DNA from: Chiloscyllium plagiosum
Taxonomy: Eukaryota
Length of the DNA: 64,000 nucleotides
Assembly: GCF_004010195.1 (NCBI RefSeq)
Contig: NC_057719.1
Location: forward strand, 21,342,418-21,406,417
Direction of reading: 5' to 3'
Below, piece after piece: positions 38,899 through 52,412 of this stretch. Numbering within the stretch: the first letter of the stretch is position 1; each line of letters begins with the position of its first letter. A program made the translations under genes and the position numbers. The notes under the pieces were generated by a model. That model had not been told where the DNA came from and did not search any database. It saw only the letters and a list, made by a program, of their open reading frames with translations.

Positions 38899-40031
38899 GG
38901 AGAAAGTGAGGTCTGCAGATGCTGGAGATCAGAGCTGGAAATGTGTTGCTGGAAAAGCGCAGCAGGTCCGGCAACATCCAGGGAACAGGAGAATCGACGT
39001 TTCGGGCATAAGTCCAGGGAACAGGAGAATCGACGTTTCGGGCATAAGCCCTTTTTCAGGAATGAGGAAAGTTTGGCTAAGATAAAAGGTAGGGAGGAGG
39101 GACTTGGGGGAGGGGCATCGGAAATGTGATAGGTGGAAAGAGGGCAAGGTGAGGGTGATAGGTCAGACTGGGGTGGGGGCGGAGGTGTGGGCGCAAGTCT
39201 TGCACCTCCTGCGGTTGCAGGGGAAGGTGNNNNNNNNNNNNNNNNNNNNNNNNNNNNNNNNNNNNNNNNNNNNNNNNNNNNNNNNNNNNNNNNNNNNNNN
39301 NNNNNNNNNNNNNNNNNNNNNNNNNNNNNNNNNNNNNNNNNNNNNNNNNNNNNNNNNNNNNNNNNNNNNNNNNNNNNNNNNNNNNNNNNNNNNNNNNNNN
39401 NNNNNNNNNNNNNNNNNNNNNNNNNNNNNNNNNNNNNNNNNNNNNNNNNNNNNNNNNNNNNNNNNNNNNNNNNNNNNNNNNNNNNNNNNNNNNNNNNNNN
39501 NNNNNNNNNNNNNNNNNNNNNNNNNNNNNNNNNNNNNNNNNNNNNNNNNNNNNNNNNNNNNNNNNNNNNNNNNNNNNNNNNNNNNNNNNNNNNNNNNNNN
39601 NNNNNNNNNNNNNNNNNNNNNNNNNNNNNNNNNNNNNNNNNNNNNNNNNNNNNNNNNNNNNNNNNNNNNNNNNNNNNNNNNNNNNNNNNNNNNNNNNNNN
39701 NNNNNNNNNNNNNNNNNNNNNNNNNNNNNNNNNNNNNNNNNNNNNNNNNNNNNNNNNNNNNNNNNNNNNNNNNNNNNNNNNNNNNNNNNNNNNNNNNNNN
39801 NNNNNNNNNNNNNNNNNNNNNNNNNNNNNNNNNNNNTCCCGACCTCTCCGCCCCCACCCCCGTCTGACCTATCACCCTCACCTTGACCTCTTTCCACCTA
39901 TCACATTTCCGACACCCCTCCCCCAAGTCCCTCCTCCCTACCTTTTATCTTAGCCTGCTGGACAAACTTTCCTCATTCCTGAAGAAGGGCTTATGCCCGA
40001 AACGTCGATTCTCCTGTTCCCTGGATGCGGC
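38899..40031 (-). mobile_element. Young PLE family A with inverted pLTRs, nested in an older family A' pLTR (38814-38898 + 40047-40081)
   Basis: 15-bp TSD CTACTCTAATCTTGA (38884-38898, 40032-40046). Minus strand gives TFPCNRRRCKTCAHT (Cys-rich linker). Intact hammerhead at 39975-40010 (+). N-gap at 39230-39836. Confidence 0.9.
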
Positions 40032-40278
40032 CTACTCTAATCTTGACTCTAATCTCCATCATCTGCAGTAGCCACTTTTGCATAACTTACTTGCTGTCAG
40101 CTCCTGTACTCACTTGTGCCAGTTATTTCACATTGGTTTTCTTTTTCTCACCTCCAATATCATATCATTTCACACTTCTCTGTATTAAATTTAATTTGCC
40201 AAATGTCTTCCTGTTCCACCAGCCCTGTTGGTCCCCGTCAAATATGCGATATGAAACAATGGTTCACAAAGCCATTGA

Positions 40279-43195
40279 TGGGGAGGCAATGGTCTAGTGT
40301 TATTGTCCTAGACAATTAATCTTGAAACTCAGTTAATGTTTCTGTTTAAAAACGCACCATAGCAGATGGTGGAATTTGAATTCGATGAAAAAAATTTGGA
40401 ATTAAAAATGTACTGACGACTACGAAACTATTATTGACTGTTGGAAAACCCTTCTGGTTCATTGATGTCCTTCAGGGAAGAAAATTGGCCATCCTCACCT
40501 AGTCTGGCCTACATGTGACTCCAGGCCCACAACAATGTGGTTGACTCTCAACTGCCCTGTTAAATGGTCTAGGATGCCATTCAGTTTTACCAATCGGTAA
40601 AGTCTCAATCCAATGATTGAATCAAAGGATCACCTGGCATCAATCAGAAGAGAAAACACCAGAAACAGAAATCCTCCATGTTAACATATGGTGGTTAGTG
40701 CCAGAATTGGGAGAGCTGTCTCACAGACTAGTGAAGGAACAGCTTGACATAGTCAAACTCATGGAATCATACCTTACCGACAATGCTCCAGACACCAACT
40801 ACATGGGCTCCTGCTAGAAATGTCGATTTTCCTTCTCCTCTGATGCTGCCTGACCTGCCGTGCTTTTTCAGTGCCACTCTAAACAAAGTCACACGCAGGC
40901 ATATCCCCAATCAACCATTACCATCAAGTCAGGGGATCAATCCTGGTTCAGTGGTGAATGCAGGGGGACACAGGAAAAGCAGCACCAGGCATACCTGAAG
41001 ATGAGGTGTCAACCTGGTGAAGCCACTAAGCAGGACTACTTGCATGCCAACGAGCATAAGCAGCAAGTGATAGAGAGAGCTAAGTGATTCCACAACCAGT
41101 GCATCAAATGTAATGCGCCCTGCCACATTCAGTCCTGAATGGTGGTGAAGAATTAAACACGTCACTGGAGGATGAGACTCCACAAATCTCCCCATCCTCA
41201 ATGATAGACGAGCCCAGCTCATCAGTGCAAAAGATAAGGCTGAAGCTAATCTTTTGCACTGATGATCCATCTCAGCCTCCTGCAATGTTCCCCAGCATTA
41301 CAGATACCAGTCTTTAGCCAATTCGATTCACTCCAAATGATACCAAGAAATGGTTGGAGACACTGGATACTGCAAAGATTATGGACCCTGACAAAATCCC
41401 AGCCATCGTACTGAAGTCTTGTGCTCCAGAAAGATGCCACTCCCCTAGCCAAGCTCTTCCAGTACAGTTAAAATCTACCTGGCAATGTGGAAGATTGTAC
41501 ATAAAAAAGAGCACAAATGCAATCCTGCCAATCACCACCCCCTCAGCCTTCTCTCAAACATCAGTAAAGGAATGCAAGGTTCATCAACAGTGTGATCAAG
41601 CAATACCTGCTCAGCAATAACCTGCTCAGTGACGCTCAGTTGGAGTTCGACCAGGGCCACTCAGTTTCTGACCTCATTACAGCCTTGGTTCAAACATGGA
41701 CAAAAGAGCTGAACTCCAGTCATGAATTGGGAGTGACAGCCCCTTGACATCAAGGCTGCATTCGACTGAGTGTGGCTTCAAGGAGCCCTTGCAAATCTGG
41801 AATCAATGTATAACAGGGCAAATTCTTCCAGTGGTTCGAGTCATACCTGACACATAGGAAGATGATCATGGTTGCTTGAGGTCAGTCATCTCAGCTCCAG
41901 GTCATCTCTGTCGGAGTTCCTCAGGGTAGTGTTCTTGGCCCAACTATCTTCAACTGCTTCATCAATTACCTTCCCCCCATCATAAAGTCAGAACAAGCAC
42001 ATTTGCCAATGATTGCACAATGTTCAGCATCATTTACAACCTCACAGATACTGAAGCAGCCCATATTCAAATGCAACAAGATCTGGACAAAAACCATAGG
42101 ATCACTACAGTATGGAAGCAGGCCATTTGGCCCATTGAGTCCATACCGACCCTCACAGCCACCCAATCCCTACATTTCCCATGGCTAGTCCATCGAACGT
42201 ACACATCCCCGGGCACAATGGGTAATTTAGCATGGCAAATCCACCTAACCTGCACACCTTTGAACTGTGGGAGTTAATCGGGGACCTGAAGAAAATCCAC
42301 ACAGACACATGGAGAATGTGCAAATTCCACACAAACAGTCACCCAAGGCTGGAATTAAACCTGGGTCCTGATACTGTGAGGCAGCAGTGTTAACCACTGA
42401 GCCACCATGCCACACTTGTCAGGTGAGGGCTGACAAGTGGCAAGTAACATTTGTGCCACACAAATATCAGGCTATGACTATCACCAATTAGAGACATTCT
42501 AATACTGAGTCTTGACATTCAATGACATTACATCACTGAATTTCACGTATCAACATCTTGGGGTTGTCATTGACCAGAAAATCAACTGGACCCACCACAT
42601 AAGCACAGTGGCTACAAGAATAGGTCAGAGGCTAGGAATACAAGATGAGTAAATCATTGCTTTGCTGACCAAAGCCTGTCCACTATCTACAAGGCACAGA
42701 TCAGGAGTGTGATGGAATATTCCCTGGATGGGTGCAGCTCCAACAACACTCAAGAAGCTTGACACCATCTAGGACAAAGCATCCCGCTTGATTAGCACTA
42801 CATCCACAAGCATCCACACCCTTCACCACTGACACGCAGTAGCAGCGGTGTCCTCTATCAACAAGATGTACTGCATAAATTCACTAAAGATCCGCAGATT
42901 GTACCTTCCAAACCCAGTTCCATCTGGAAGGATAACGCCAGCAGATATATGGAATCACCACCACCCTCCAAGCCACTCACCATCCTGACTTGGAAATGTA
43001 TCATCATTCCTTCACTGTTTTTGGGTCAAAATCCTGGAATTCCCTCCCTAATGGCATTGTGGATCAACCCACAGCAGGTGGACTGCAAAGGTTCAAGAAG
43101 GCAGCTCACCACCACCTTCTCAAGGACAACTAGGTACAGGCAATAAATGCTGGCCAGCTGGCGACACCCACATCCCACAAATGAAGAAAAGAAAA
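40279..43195 (+). mobile_element. CR1/L2-group LINE with a tRNA-like 5' head and no ORF1 (copy 1)
   Basis: A-box-like TGGTCTAGTGT at 40290. APE start LHVNIWWLVPELGELSHRLVKEQLDIVKLMESYL near 40675. RT motifs LDIKAAFD (~41744), GVPQGSVLGPTIF (~41913) and FANDCT (~42002). Tail ends CCCACATCCCACAAATGAAG. Interrupted by a PLE pLTR (~40803-40880) and an HE1 SINE. Confidence 0.85.
42094..42412 (-). mobile_element. HE1-type V-SINE nested in a LINE
   Basis: Reverse complement of the HE1 head, V-domain and tail. Confidence 0.88.
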
Positions 43196-46100
43196 ACATG
43201 CATTGTCATGTTGTTGTCAGTTAAGTAATGGTAACAAAAGAGGTATCTTTGGTCAAGTTGTTCACTTTCATTTTGACTGGATTTGCCAAATACAGCTCCT
43301 TGGCTATATTCACTGAACTGTGGCAATGTACTTTTTTTTGGGAGGGGTAGGCGAGGGAGGCAGTGCTAAGGAGGCAGGCAGGTCTACCTCAGCCAGAATT
43401 GTTAGACATCTAAGCCAACTGAGTTATCTGCAACAACGCCATTGAACCAATGCCTTCCCCTCTCACCCCTCAATCTCACACTAAATCACTATAATATTAC
43501 AAAAGAGAAAATGAAACAAATCCAGTGCAAAATCTGTGAAAGGAAAGGGGCATTTATTCAATCCAAGTGAGAAGTGAGGAAAACCTAAAAAGCCCACTTC
43601 TTACGTATTCTGCACTTCCAAGTATTTTACTGGAGTCCCTTTTTAAAATACAAGTTTAAATTTTCGTCATGTTAATGCTGTGAAATGTTACAGATATAAT
43701 TAGGCAGTGTTTATTAGTGCAGTTAATTGCTTTCTTAGGAAAGCAGACATCATAATGAGATAGTGATTATGAAGAAGTTGGAATTAAACCAGAATTTGAG
43801 ATCAGCGGGGTTACAGACCTAAAAGATATAATTTCAAGGTATAATCAGGTATACTTCTTGATGCTTAAAAAAAAATGTGTACATCCGATGACTCACTACT
43901 TGAGTTCCTCTGTTCACTGAAAAGAAATGGCACAAGCAGCCTGGTGGGCTATTTGTGTTAGTTCTGTAGCCCGGGAGATGGCACATCTCCAACATTGTCT
44001 TGTGGATATTGATTTGTGTCGTTAAGATGTCAAGACTTTGACAACCCTAGCAGTCTCTCTGATGGCTTTTGTCATCTTTCAATTGGCTCGCCGAGCATGA
44101 ACCATTTCCTTTGAGCTATGGACATATGGGCTCTATCAAGAGATCCAGAGAGCAATGTCAGCATCGGATCCCATTTAAACATTACTTTGGCTGAAGGTCA
44201 CTGTCTTGTATTTCCCAAGACTATGACTAGCATTAAAATTTATAGTAAACACATTCAGTCCCTCTGCCTTTCTTATCCTTTACTCCTCTACCTTTCATTT
44301 TACCTATATTATTAATAATAAGTAATATTTTCTAAGTGCGTACTCATAGCTTGCAAGCTGAAACCTGCTGATGATTTAGGACTTTTAATTAAAACTCATT
44401 TGTTTCAAGCACTCTTAACTAATGGCATACTCCATAAGTGTGAAGTTTATTAATTGTAATTTTTTAAAAAATGAAAGCATAGAAATCTGTGATAATTAAA
44501 GATACACTGGAAATATACTGATGCACAAATATCTGTGGTGAAAGGGTTAAGCTATTTTAAATGTGATATTGAATGATGCAGTGTAATAATGATCTGTTGT
44601 CGTAATGCATCATTGTTCCCCTTACACTGCGCTCCAGGCATAAATCCCATATAAAAATCTAATTTTCTCTTTTAAATGTTGTCTCCTCTATTGAAAATTA
44701 ATCTGGATAATGACATTCTGAAAAAGTGACAGCACATCTCTGGACACTGAAGTGTATCCAATGTGCCATTAAAAAGCCATTAATGGTTTATTTACAGGAA
44801 TTAAAAAATGAATTGCAAAAAACATTGCTGGTTTGCTGCTGGTACAATTAGGAAAGTGACCTTGAACTATAGTGCAAAAATGATGTAAGACTCTAACAAC
44901 AATTAGGAATCATAAATAAAAATAGAAAGCGTTGTAAATATGCAGCAAGTCTGTCAGCAGCTGAAAAGAGAAAATGAGAAGATAATATTTTGGGTGTCTT
45001 CATAAGAACTGACTAGAATTAGTAATCACAAAGGCACTTTTTAGGTTAAGTGCTAATTATTGTATCATTTACGATTCGTGCAACACATTAACAAAATGGC
45101 AATGGTGTACATTATTGAAGTTCATTGCTTTTTTTGAATATTATTTTATTTAAAGGGAAATAAGTCAATTATGATGCTTCGATTAGAGTGACCCTTTAAG
45201 ATACCTGAAACAGAAAGTGAGCCACTTAACAATTTAACTGATTAAATATTTGATAATCTGTGGAAAGAGAATATATTTTTTGAAATGGTTGAGCAGCAAG
45301 CTTAAACCTATATTAGCTAATATGTTCATGACAATTGCCTTCTGGTGAAATAGTGCGCCCTACTTGATGGGAAAAGATTCTTGAACATCATCTGGAGCTA
45401 AGAGGAACAGCAAAATTCAACGCACAACAGAAAGTTCCTGTGATGAGGCACCAATTATTATTTTCTACAGCGCAGATTGTTACTCTGAACAATCTGCTGA
45501 TACTATCCTTATCCTGACTTCTAACAGTCATGTCCCACTTCAATCCAAGGGAGTGGTTTCACTTTCCTGGCTCTTTCCTGGGAGCAAGCAGGTCCAGCAG
45601 AGAGTGAGAAACTAGCAGCTCGCAGGTCCTCCAGCAGGCTGACAGGAGGTTTGAATTCCAGCTGGAGGGAGGACTGAAATTCTGATGCCTTTTGTGTGGG
45701 AATCAAAAGGGTTTTGGGAGAGGAAAAGCAAGTTGTCCAGGAAAGTACAACAGACTCAGCAGCTAAATGAAATGGCGCTGATCTCGTGATCTACCAATTT
45801 GTTGGGTCGATAGAGCTGATGGGGTTCTCTAGTCCTCAGAATTCCAATTGGAGAGTGTTAAATTTCAAATGCAGAATAAAAAATGAGATGCACAGCCTCA
45901 CTGTAACATGTAAAGCATTAACATAAAACCCACTACCAGGAGTGTGTTGGTTACTCACCAATGGTTCTGTGAATAAATGCAGAAAATACTGGAGAAACCC
46001 AGCAGGTCTGACAGTATTTGTGGATACAGAAACAAAGCTAACATTTTGAATCCAGTGCAGCTATCCTTTGGAACTGAAATGGATTGGAATTCTTTTACAT

Positions 46101-46691
46101 ACTTTTGACAAAGCCAAACAAAATATATTTTCCAACCCCTTTAAGTTCTGAAGAACTGCACTGATACTGGAATCTGTTCTTGACTTTCTGTGCAGAGATC
46201 CTTTAACTGAAAGTTATCTCCCTTGACTTGGCTGAGGACTGCTGACAATCATGACAAGATTCCTGGCTTTGTGTCTGTGCTAAATGGCAAGGCAGTAGAG
46301 CAGTGCCACAAGCATAGTATCTCTAGCTGAGGGGCAAAGAGCAAAAATGCAAGACAGGAATGCTGAATGCATCCTGGTAAGCTCAAAGTGAGTGAGCATT
46401 AAGAGAACAAAGAAACCCGAAGAGCAATCTATTTCTGTCCACAAGCTGGGTGTATAATGCCTTTGCTGTAGCATTACAGTGACAGTTGCTATTGCAAACT
46501 GAGATGCAGCATTTAAGTGTAGAAATGTCCTGTAAGTGAGCCCAGACAGAATCTCACCTCAAGGCCTGGAACTTAGTTAAAAGATATAACGAGTTGTTTC
46601 AGGTATTGAGATAGGGTGCACTGGGAATTCTTGTGTGATTCTGTCACATTTCTTACCATAGCACACATCATTCAGGCCTCTGTAAGATTCT

Positions 46692-46831
46692 AATTAAAAT
46701 ACAAAAGAACTGCAGATGCTGGAAATCAGAAACAAAAACAGAAATTGCTCAGCAGGTCTGGCAGCTTCTGTGAAGAGAAATCAGAGTTAAAGTTTCGGAT
46801 CCGATGACCTTTCCTAGGTCGACCTTTCCTT
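46692..46831 (-). mobile_element. Solo PLE family D pLTR
   Basis: AAAAGAACTGCAGATGCTGGAAATCAGAAACAAAAACAGAAATTGC...; degenerate hammerhead near 46785-46815; 9-bp repeat TAAGATTCT (46683-46691, 46832-46840). Confidence 0.75.
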
Positions 46832-47696
46832 TAAGATTCTGTCCATTGCCTCAATAGATGACTGCACCATGAAGAAAACTCACTTGAACTGTGTCCACAT
46901 TGCAAACTCTTTTAAGCAGAACTGTTTCAATAGCAATGACACAAATGAGTTTTGTGATGCCTGAATTTCAGTGCCAGTGTGATGCCAGGTATGTAGACCA
47001 TATTTCCTGATGACTAGTGGAGATCTACAGCTATTTACAACAGGGAGATTGGTGACCACATTCAATCCACACCCAAGCTTGAAAACCTCTGAGCATAGTG
47101 TGCAACATTAGATGTGATTCTGCCAATGAACAATATTGATGATGTAATCCTGATTGGGCGGGAATTATACTAACAACTGATTTCAGATCATCAGTTAGGT
47201 TTGCAGGATGGCTCATTTAAGCTTGCTAAAAAAAACTGCATCTATTCATATGAAGGGCTCTGATCTTTGCAAACAGAAAGAACATGTCTAGGCATTGTGC
47301 CTTTGTCAACTCAGCAAATGATCAGGGACAATTTCCTCATGCTTTCATGCCTTAAACAATCAAACTCATCTATTCAAACAATTACCACCCTCTTCTCATG
47401 CAATATAAATTGTTGGTCGCTTAAAATGTTTCTTACAGTTCTTTCTATAGCTGAATTTGTGAGTGCAAGATGAAAAGCCTCAACAGCACATTTTTTTTTC
47501 AGCAACAATCAAGGTTAATGGAAAATTCCTGCTTTTCTCTCAGTGTTCCTTAATTTTTGTGTTTGGACAAGCGCAACACTTGAATTATGCATTCAGCATA
47601 AGCAGTTAGTCTGTCAGAATTTACTAAAAGAAGGGATGCACTTTCTTTTATCCAATGCTTTATGTTGAGTAAAATCAGGCCACTTCAAATTCTATC

Positions 47697-47975
47697 TATT
47701 AGATTAGATTACTTACAGTGTGGAAACAGGCCCTTCAGCCCAACGAGTCCACACGGACCCTCCGTAAAGCAACCCACCCAGACCCAATCCTCTACACTTA
47801 ACGCTACGGGCAATTCAGCATCGCCAATTCACCTAACCTGCACATTTTTGGACATGGGAGGAAACCCATGCAGACACAAGGAGAATGTGCAAACTCCACA
47901 CAGACAGTTACCTGATGGGAATTGAACCCAGGTCTCTGCTGCTGTGAGGCAGCAGTGCTAACCACTGTGCCACCC
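47697..47975 (-). mobile_element. HE1-type V-SINE
   Basis: Reverse complement of HE1, with a (TCTAA)n tail. Confidence 0.9.
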
Positions 47976-48389
47976 ATCTATTAGCATCTGGGGTCTACAG
48001 TAAAAGGGAGAGAACTTAATATGTGGTGTGCACTAGAACAGTAAATAATGAAGAACAGTAGATCTCAGACTCAATCTGGAAGTGCTCAGTTCTTGAGGTC
48101 AGGTTTGAGCAATTATGATTCAAAATTGTGAACTGCAAGGTCAGGATCCACTATTGTATAGTCTTAGCAAAGCACTATTTCTGAGGTTTGTAATTAAGAA
48201 TGCGGTTACTGCAATTCTAATTATCTTTCTCCTATGTTTACACTGAGCCCTGATTGTTACGACACAGTCTATAGGATGATATTCTTATCTCATAGTTCAA
48301 TAGGATGCCCAATTGGCGAAAATATTTTGAATGAAAAGTACTCTTATAAGGAAGCCATTTAGGGATTTGGACTATAGTTCCCAAAGAGA

Positions 48390-50930
48390 ATTCTGAGGTA
48401 ATAGTAATGTTACATAACTAATAATTCAGAGTCTAGGCTAGTACTCCAGAAATATAAGATCAAATCCCACCAGGGGAGTTGGGGGGAATTTCAATTCAAT
48501 TTGTTAATAAATCTGAAATTCAAAGCTTAGTTTTAGTAATGGTAAATAAGATGCAATCAAATATTGGCTCACTGATTTCTGACAAGTGACTCCAGATTCA
48601 CTATGTCACTGACTCTGAACTGCTCCCTGAACTGATCGAGAAAGCTGCTCTGTTTTGCCAAACTGCTACAAAAGTTAAAGGAACAAAATCAGACACTGGG
48701 CACAGCTCATTGTGCTCCATTAATCCTGCGAAAACCTTCTCACTAATATCAGGAGAATCCTCCCACAGATTTGTCAAGCAACAACCTGATGTGGTCATAC
48801 ACACTGAATCTCACTGTATAGTCAATGTTCCAGGCACTACCATGGCTATCGCTGAGTATGTCTTATCCTGCAGCAAAGGCAGATAGAATGACTTCATAGA
48901 ATTCAGTTGGAATGGAGTTCTTCTGAGCATCTTTAACATTGACACTGGACTGTATGAAATTTCATGGCCAACAAAAACTGCTGATTTATTCCCTGATGAA
49001 TCAGTACTCCACTATATTGAACACCATTGGAAAGAAACACTGAGCAACAGAATCCATACAATATATTCTGGGAGGAGTACTTCACTATCAAACCAGGAGT
49101 GCCTCAGCCACTCTCTCACTGACCAAGCTGACTACGTTTTAAAGATAATAGCTACTCACCTGAGTCTACATCAGGAATTTGAGGGGACAGAGTAGGAAAT
49201 TATTATGTGTCTTCATCCTTATCAAGCTACCTCCTGCAGTTTTGGTAGGAGTGACTACCATACAGACCTTGGGGGATAAAATCTCATTTTCATCTTCTCA
49301 TCATAGAGATTTAAGTCTTTCATGTACTGGGACACCATTATCAGGTCACTTGGGATAGATTCAGAACAGATCTATCAGTTCAAACTAGGCAACCATGAGA
49401 CACTGTGGAAAATCATCAGCAGCAGAACTGCATTCAACACTAATATGGAATTGCTGGCCAAGCATATCTACCAGTGGACCACTATGAAGCAAGCAATCAA
49501 GGCAAATTCAATGACAAGCACAAAGATGCATGCCAAGGGTACAACCTGGCATACCTGGTGAAGTTATGCCAGAGGCTGAATAGTAAAAGCACAATGCAAT
49601 GGACGAAGACAACCATCTCACATCCAATAGATCTGATCTAAGCTGTTCAATCCTGACACACCAGTTATGATTGGTAGTGAGCAATTAAATAACTCACAGG
49701 AGGAGAAGGCTCCACAATTATCCCATGCCTTGAGGCTAAGGGATCACAACACATTAGTGCAAAAAACAAGGCTGAAGCATATGAAAGCATCTTCAACTAT
49801 TAGAAGCAGGTGGGTGATCTATCGCTGAATTGCCCAACATCACCAATGTTAGTCTTCAGACAATTTGATTCATTCCACATCCAAGAAATATCTGAAGGCA
49901 TTGGTTACTGTGAAGGCTATGGGCCCTAACAAAATTCCAGCAATAGTAATGGACAATTGTGCTCCAGAAATGATCATACATCAAGCCAAGCTATTGAAGT
50001 ACAGATCCAATGTTAGTACTTTGTGGCAAAGTGGAAAATTACACAGCTCCATCCTGTACACACAAGTATAACAAATTCTTACCAGACGACTATTGCATCA
50101 TCAGTCTCCTGACAATCACTAGCTAAGTAATGGAGATATCATCAACAGTGCTAGCAAGGAGCAGATGTACAGCAATAACTTCTCATTGTCACTGGGTTTG
50201 CAAAATCCACTCCAGCTCCCAACTTCATTACATACTTGATCCAAATATGGACAAAAGAGCTGAACAGAAGAGTGGAAGTGAGAGTGACTGCTCTTGACAT
50301 CAAGGCTGCATTTAACTCAACCTGGCATCAAGAAACCTGAGCAGAATTAGAGTCAATAGGAATCGGGGGGGAACTCCTTGCTGGTTAGAGTCATACATAG
50401 TTGACAGGAAGATAGTTGCAGTTGTTGGAGAATACTCATGCCAGTCCAAAGGCAACACTGTTGGAGTTCCTCAGGGTCGCATCATCGGTCCAAACATTTT
50501 CAACTGCTTCATAAATGAACTTTGCTCTATCATAACATCAGAAGTGGGCAAGTTCACCAATAATAGCACAATGTTCAGCACCATTCATGACTCTTCAGGA
50601 CGGAATCAGTCCCTGTCCAAGTACAGTTGCATGCAGAATTTGGACCTGAATAACACCCAGTTTTAGAGTAATAAGTGTCAAATAACATTCATACTGCATA
50701 AGTACCAGTTAATAACCATCACTAATACGAGAGAATCTATCATCCCTAGATATTTAATGGCATTACCATTGCTGAATCCCAAACTACCAACATTTTAGGG
50801 TTGCCATTGACCAGAAACTGAATTTGTCTATTCATATATAAATATTGCAGTTCCAAGAACAGATGAGAGGATGGAGAATCTGTGGCAAGCAACCCACCTC
50901 CTAATTCCTCAGAGTCTTTCTGCCATCTAA
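48390..50930 (+). mobile_element. Older copy of the tRNA-headed, ORF1-less LINE (copy 2)
   Basis: B-box-like GATCAAATCC at 48458. The body matches 40360-40570. APE remnant HRFVKQQPDVVIHTES near 48764; LDIKAAFN near 50293; GVPQG near 50463. Confidence 0.8.
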
Positions 50931-51500
50931 ATATATTGGAGAAGATACCAATAGCAATGCTTTTGTTAGATCCTCCAAATCAAGACGCATACAGAGTAAA
51001 CTTCTCCCAAACCAAATCCAAGACACTAATCACGAAAAACTATATCTGTTAGACCGAATATGTTATTTTCTCATGCCAAATGCTAGACTCCAGAAACAAT
51101 TGCTCTACCTGAAGCTGAATCATAGCAGGGTACTGCTAGGGGTTAGCAAAAGTGCTTTGGAAGTTTGGAAATGTTCAAAGCATCTAAAGAGATGTCAGGC
51201 ATCCCCACCTTTAGATGGAAGTATTTGGCCTGTGAGCAAACAAAATGGAAAAGCTTCATTTGGAAAGGCATCAAACAGATCAAAAGACTTTGTTGCAAAG
51301 ATGAAGAGGCAACGTCAAGACATAAAAAGGGTGTGCACAAACCGTCAAAAAATTCATCTACCTTATGTTTCGATGCCTTCTTCCCCATCTGCGACAGGGT
51401 CTGCAGATCATGCATTGAACCTTGCAGCCATTGCAGAACCCATCAAACTCATTTGAAAGCAAGTCATCCTGGAACCCAAGAGGCTATCTAAGGAGAGGGA
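50930..51500 (+). mobile_element. RTE (BovB-like) LINE 3' fragment
   Basis: MPNARLQKQLLYLKL, WKYLACEQTKWKSFIWKG and PICDRVCRSCIEPCSHCRTH resemble the RTE C-terminus and terminal C2H2 motif. Confidence 0.75.
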
Positions 51501-52412
51501 AGTTGATTCATATATTGGACCTCAGCTTCTAATGTAGAAATTTAACCTGCTCTCACAAACATAACTAGTGGATATGTCTGTACAGCAAGGCCCACAGCTA
51601 TTAAACCTCAATGAGCATTTTACAAACTGCACTGAGACGATGCACCTCACTGCTTATTATTATTTCACTAACTGGAAACAATCATCAAACTAAAATGAAA
51701 TGGAGAAGAGAGAAGGATACTATGGCTGGCAGCAAACTTCGGGGTTACATATTTCTGTTGAAGTTTCTGTGTGATTGTGACAGAAGAAGGAGTATTCAGG
51801 AAGGAGTCCTGCAACAGGCTTTAAGCAATGAGCTTAAGACCTCCCTTGTGCCAGGGACCCCTGAATAATTGGGTTGACTCTGTATGGGTGTCTTCAAACT
51901 CAATTGGAACATGGGACACAGTTCATTTTCACCCCTGCTTGTCAACTGGAAAATCTGTACAAGTCCAATTTCTACTCCTGTGCCTCAGGACAGATAACAT
52001 TATAGTTGACTTTCTGTACATCTCGACCCTATGAAGGGCATGTCAAGTGACAATGGAAAGAAACTTATATAGTAAAACTCAACGTTGCTAGTCAAATAGA
52101 TTCTTGGTTGGGACAGGATATGAGTTATTTAGTGTGGTTTTGCACATAATAGGTAGATTGTTTAGACATGTTAGTACCAATTGAAGTATAATAATACAAG
52201 ACGGAAAATATTGATTAAAAGTCAGATTTAGCAGTTAGAAGACACATTGTCAGCCCCTTGAGATTAGCACAGGACTATTCAGCTAGGGCTATAATATTCT
52301 AATGTAATATCAGTGCACTGCTTTCCTGTCAGATAAGGGTACAACATAGAGGTCAATGGAGCATTGTAAAGAAAACACTTCAGCAATTTCAAGTGAGAAA
52401 TGACATTTTTCC

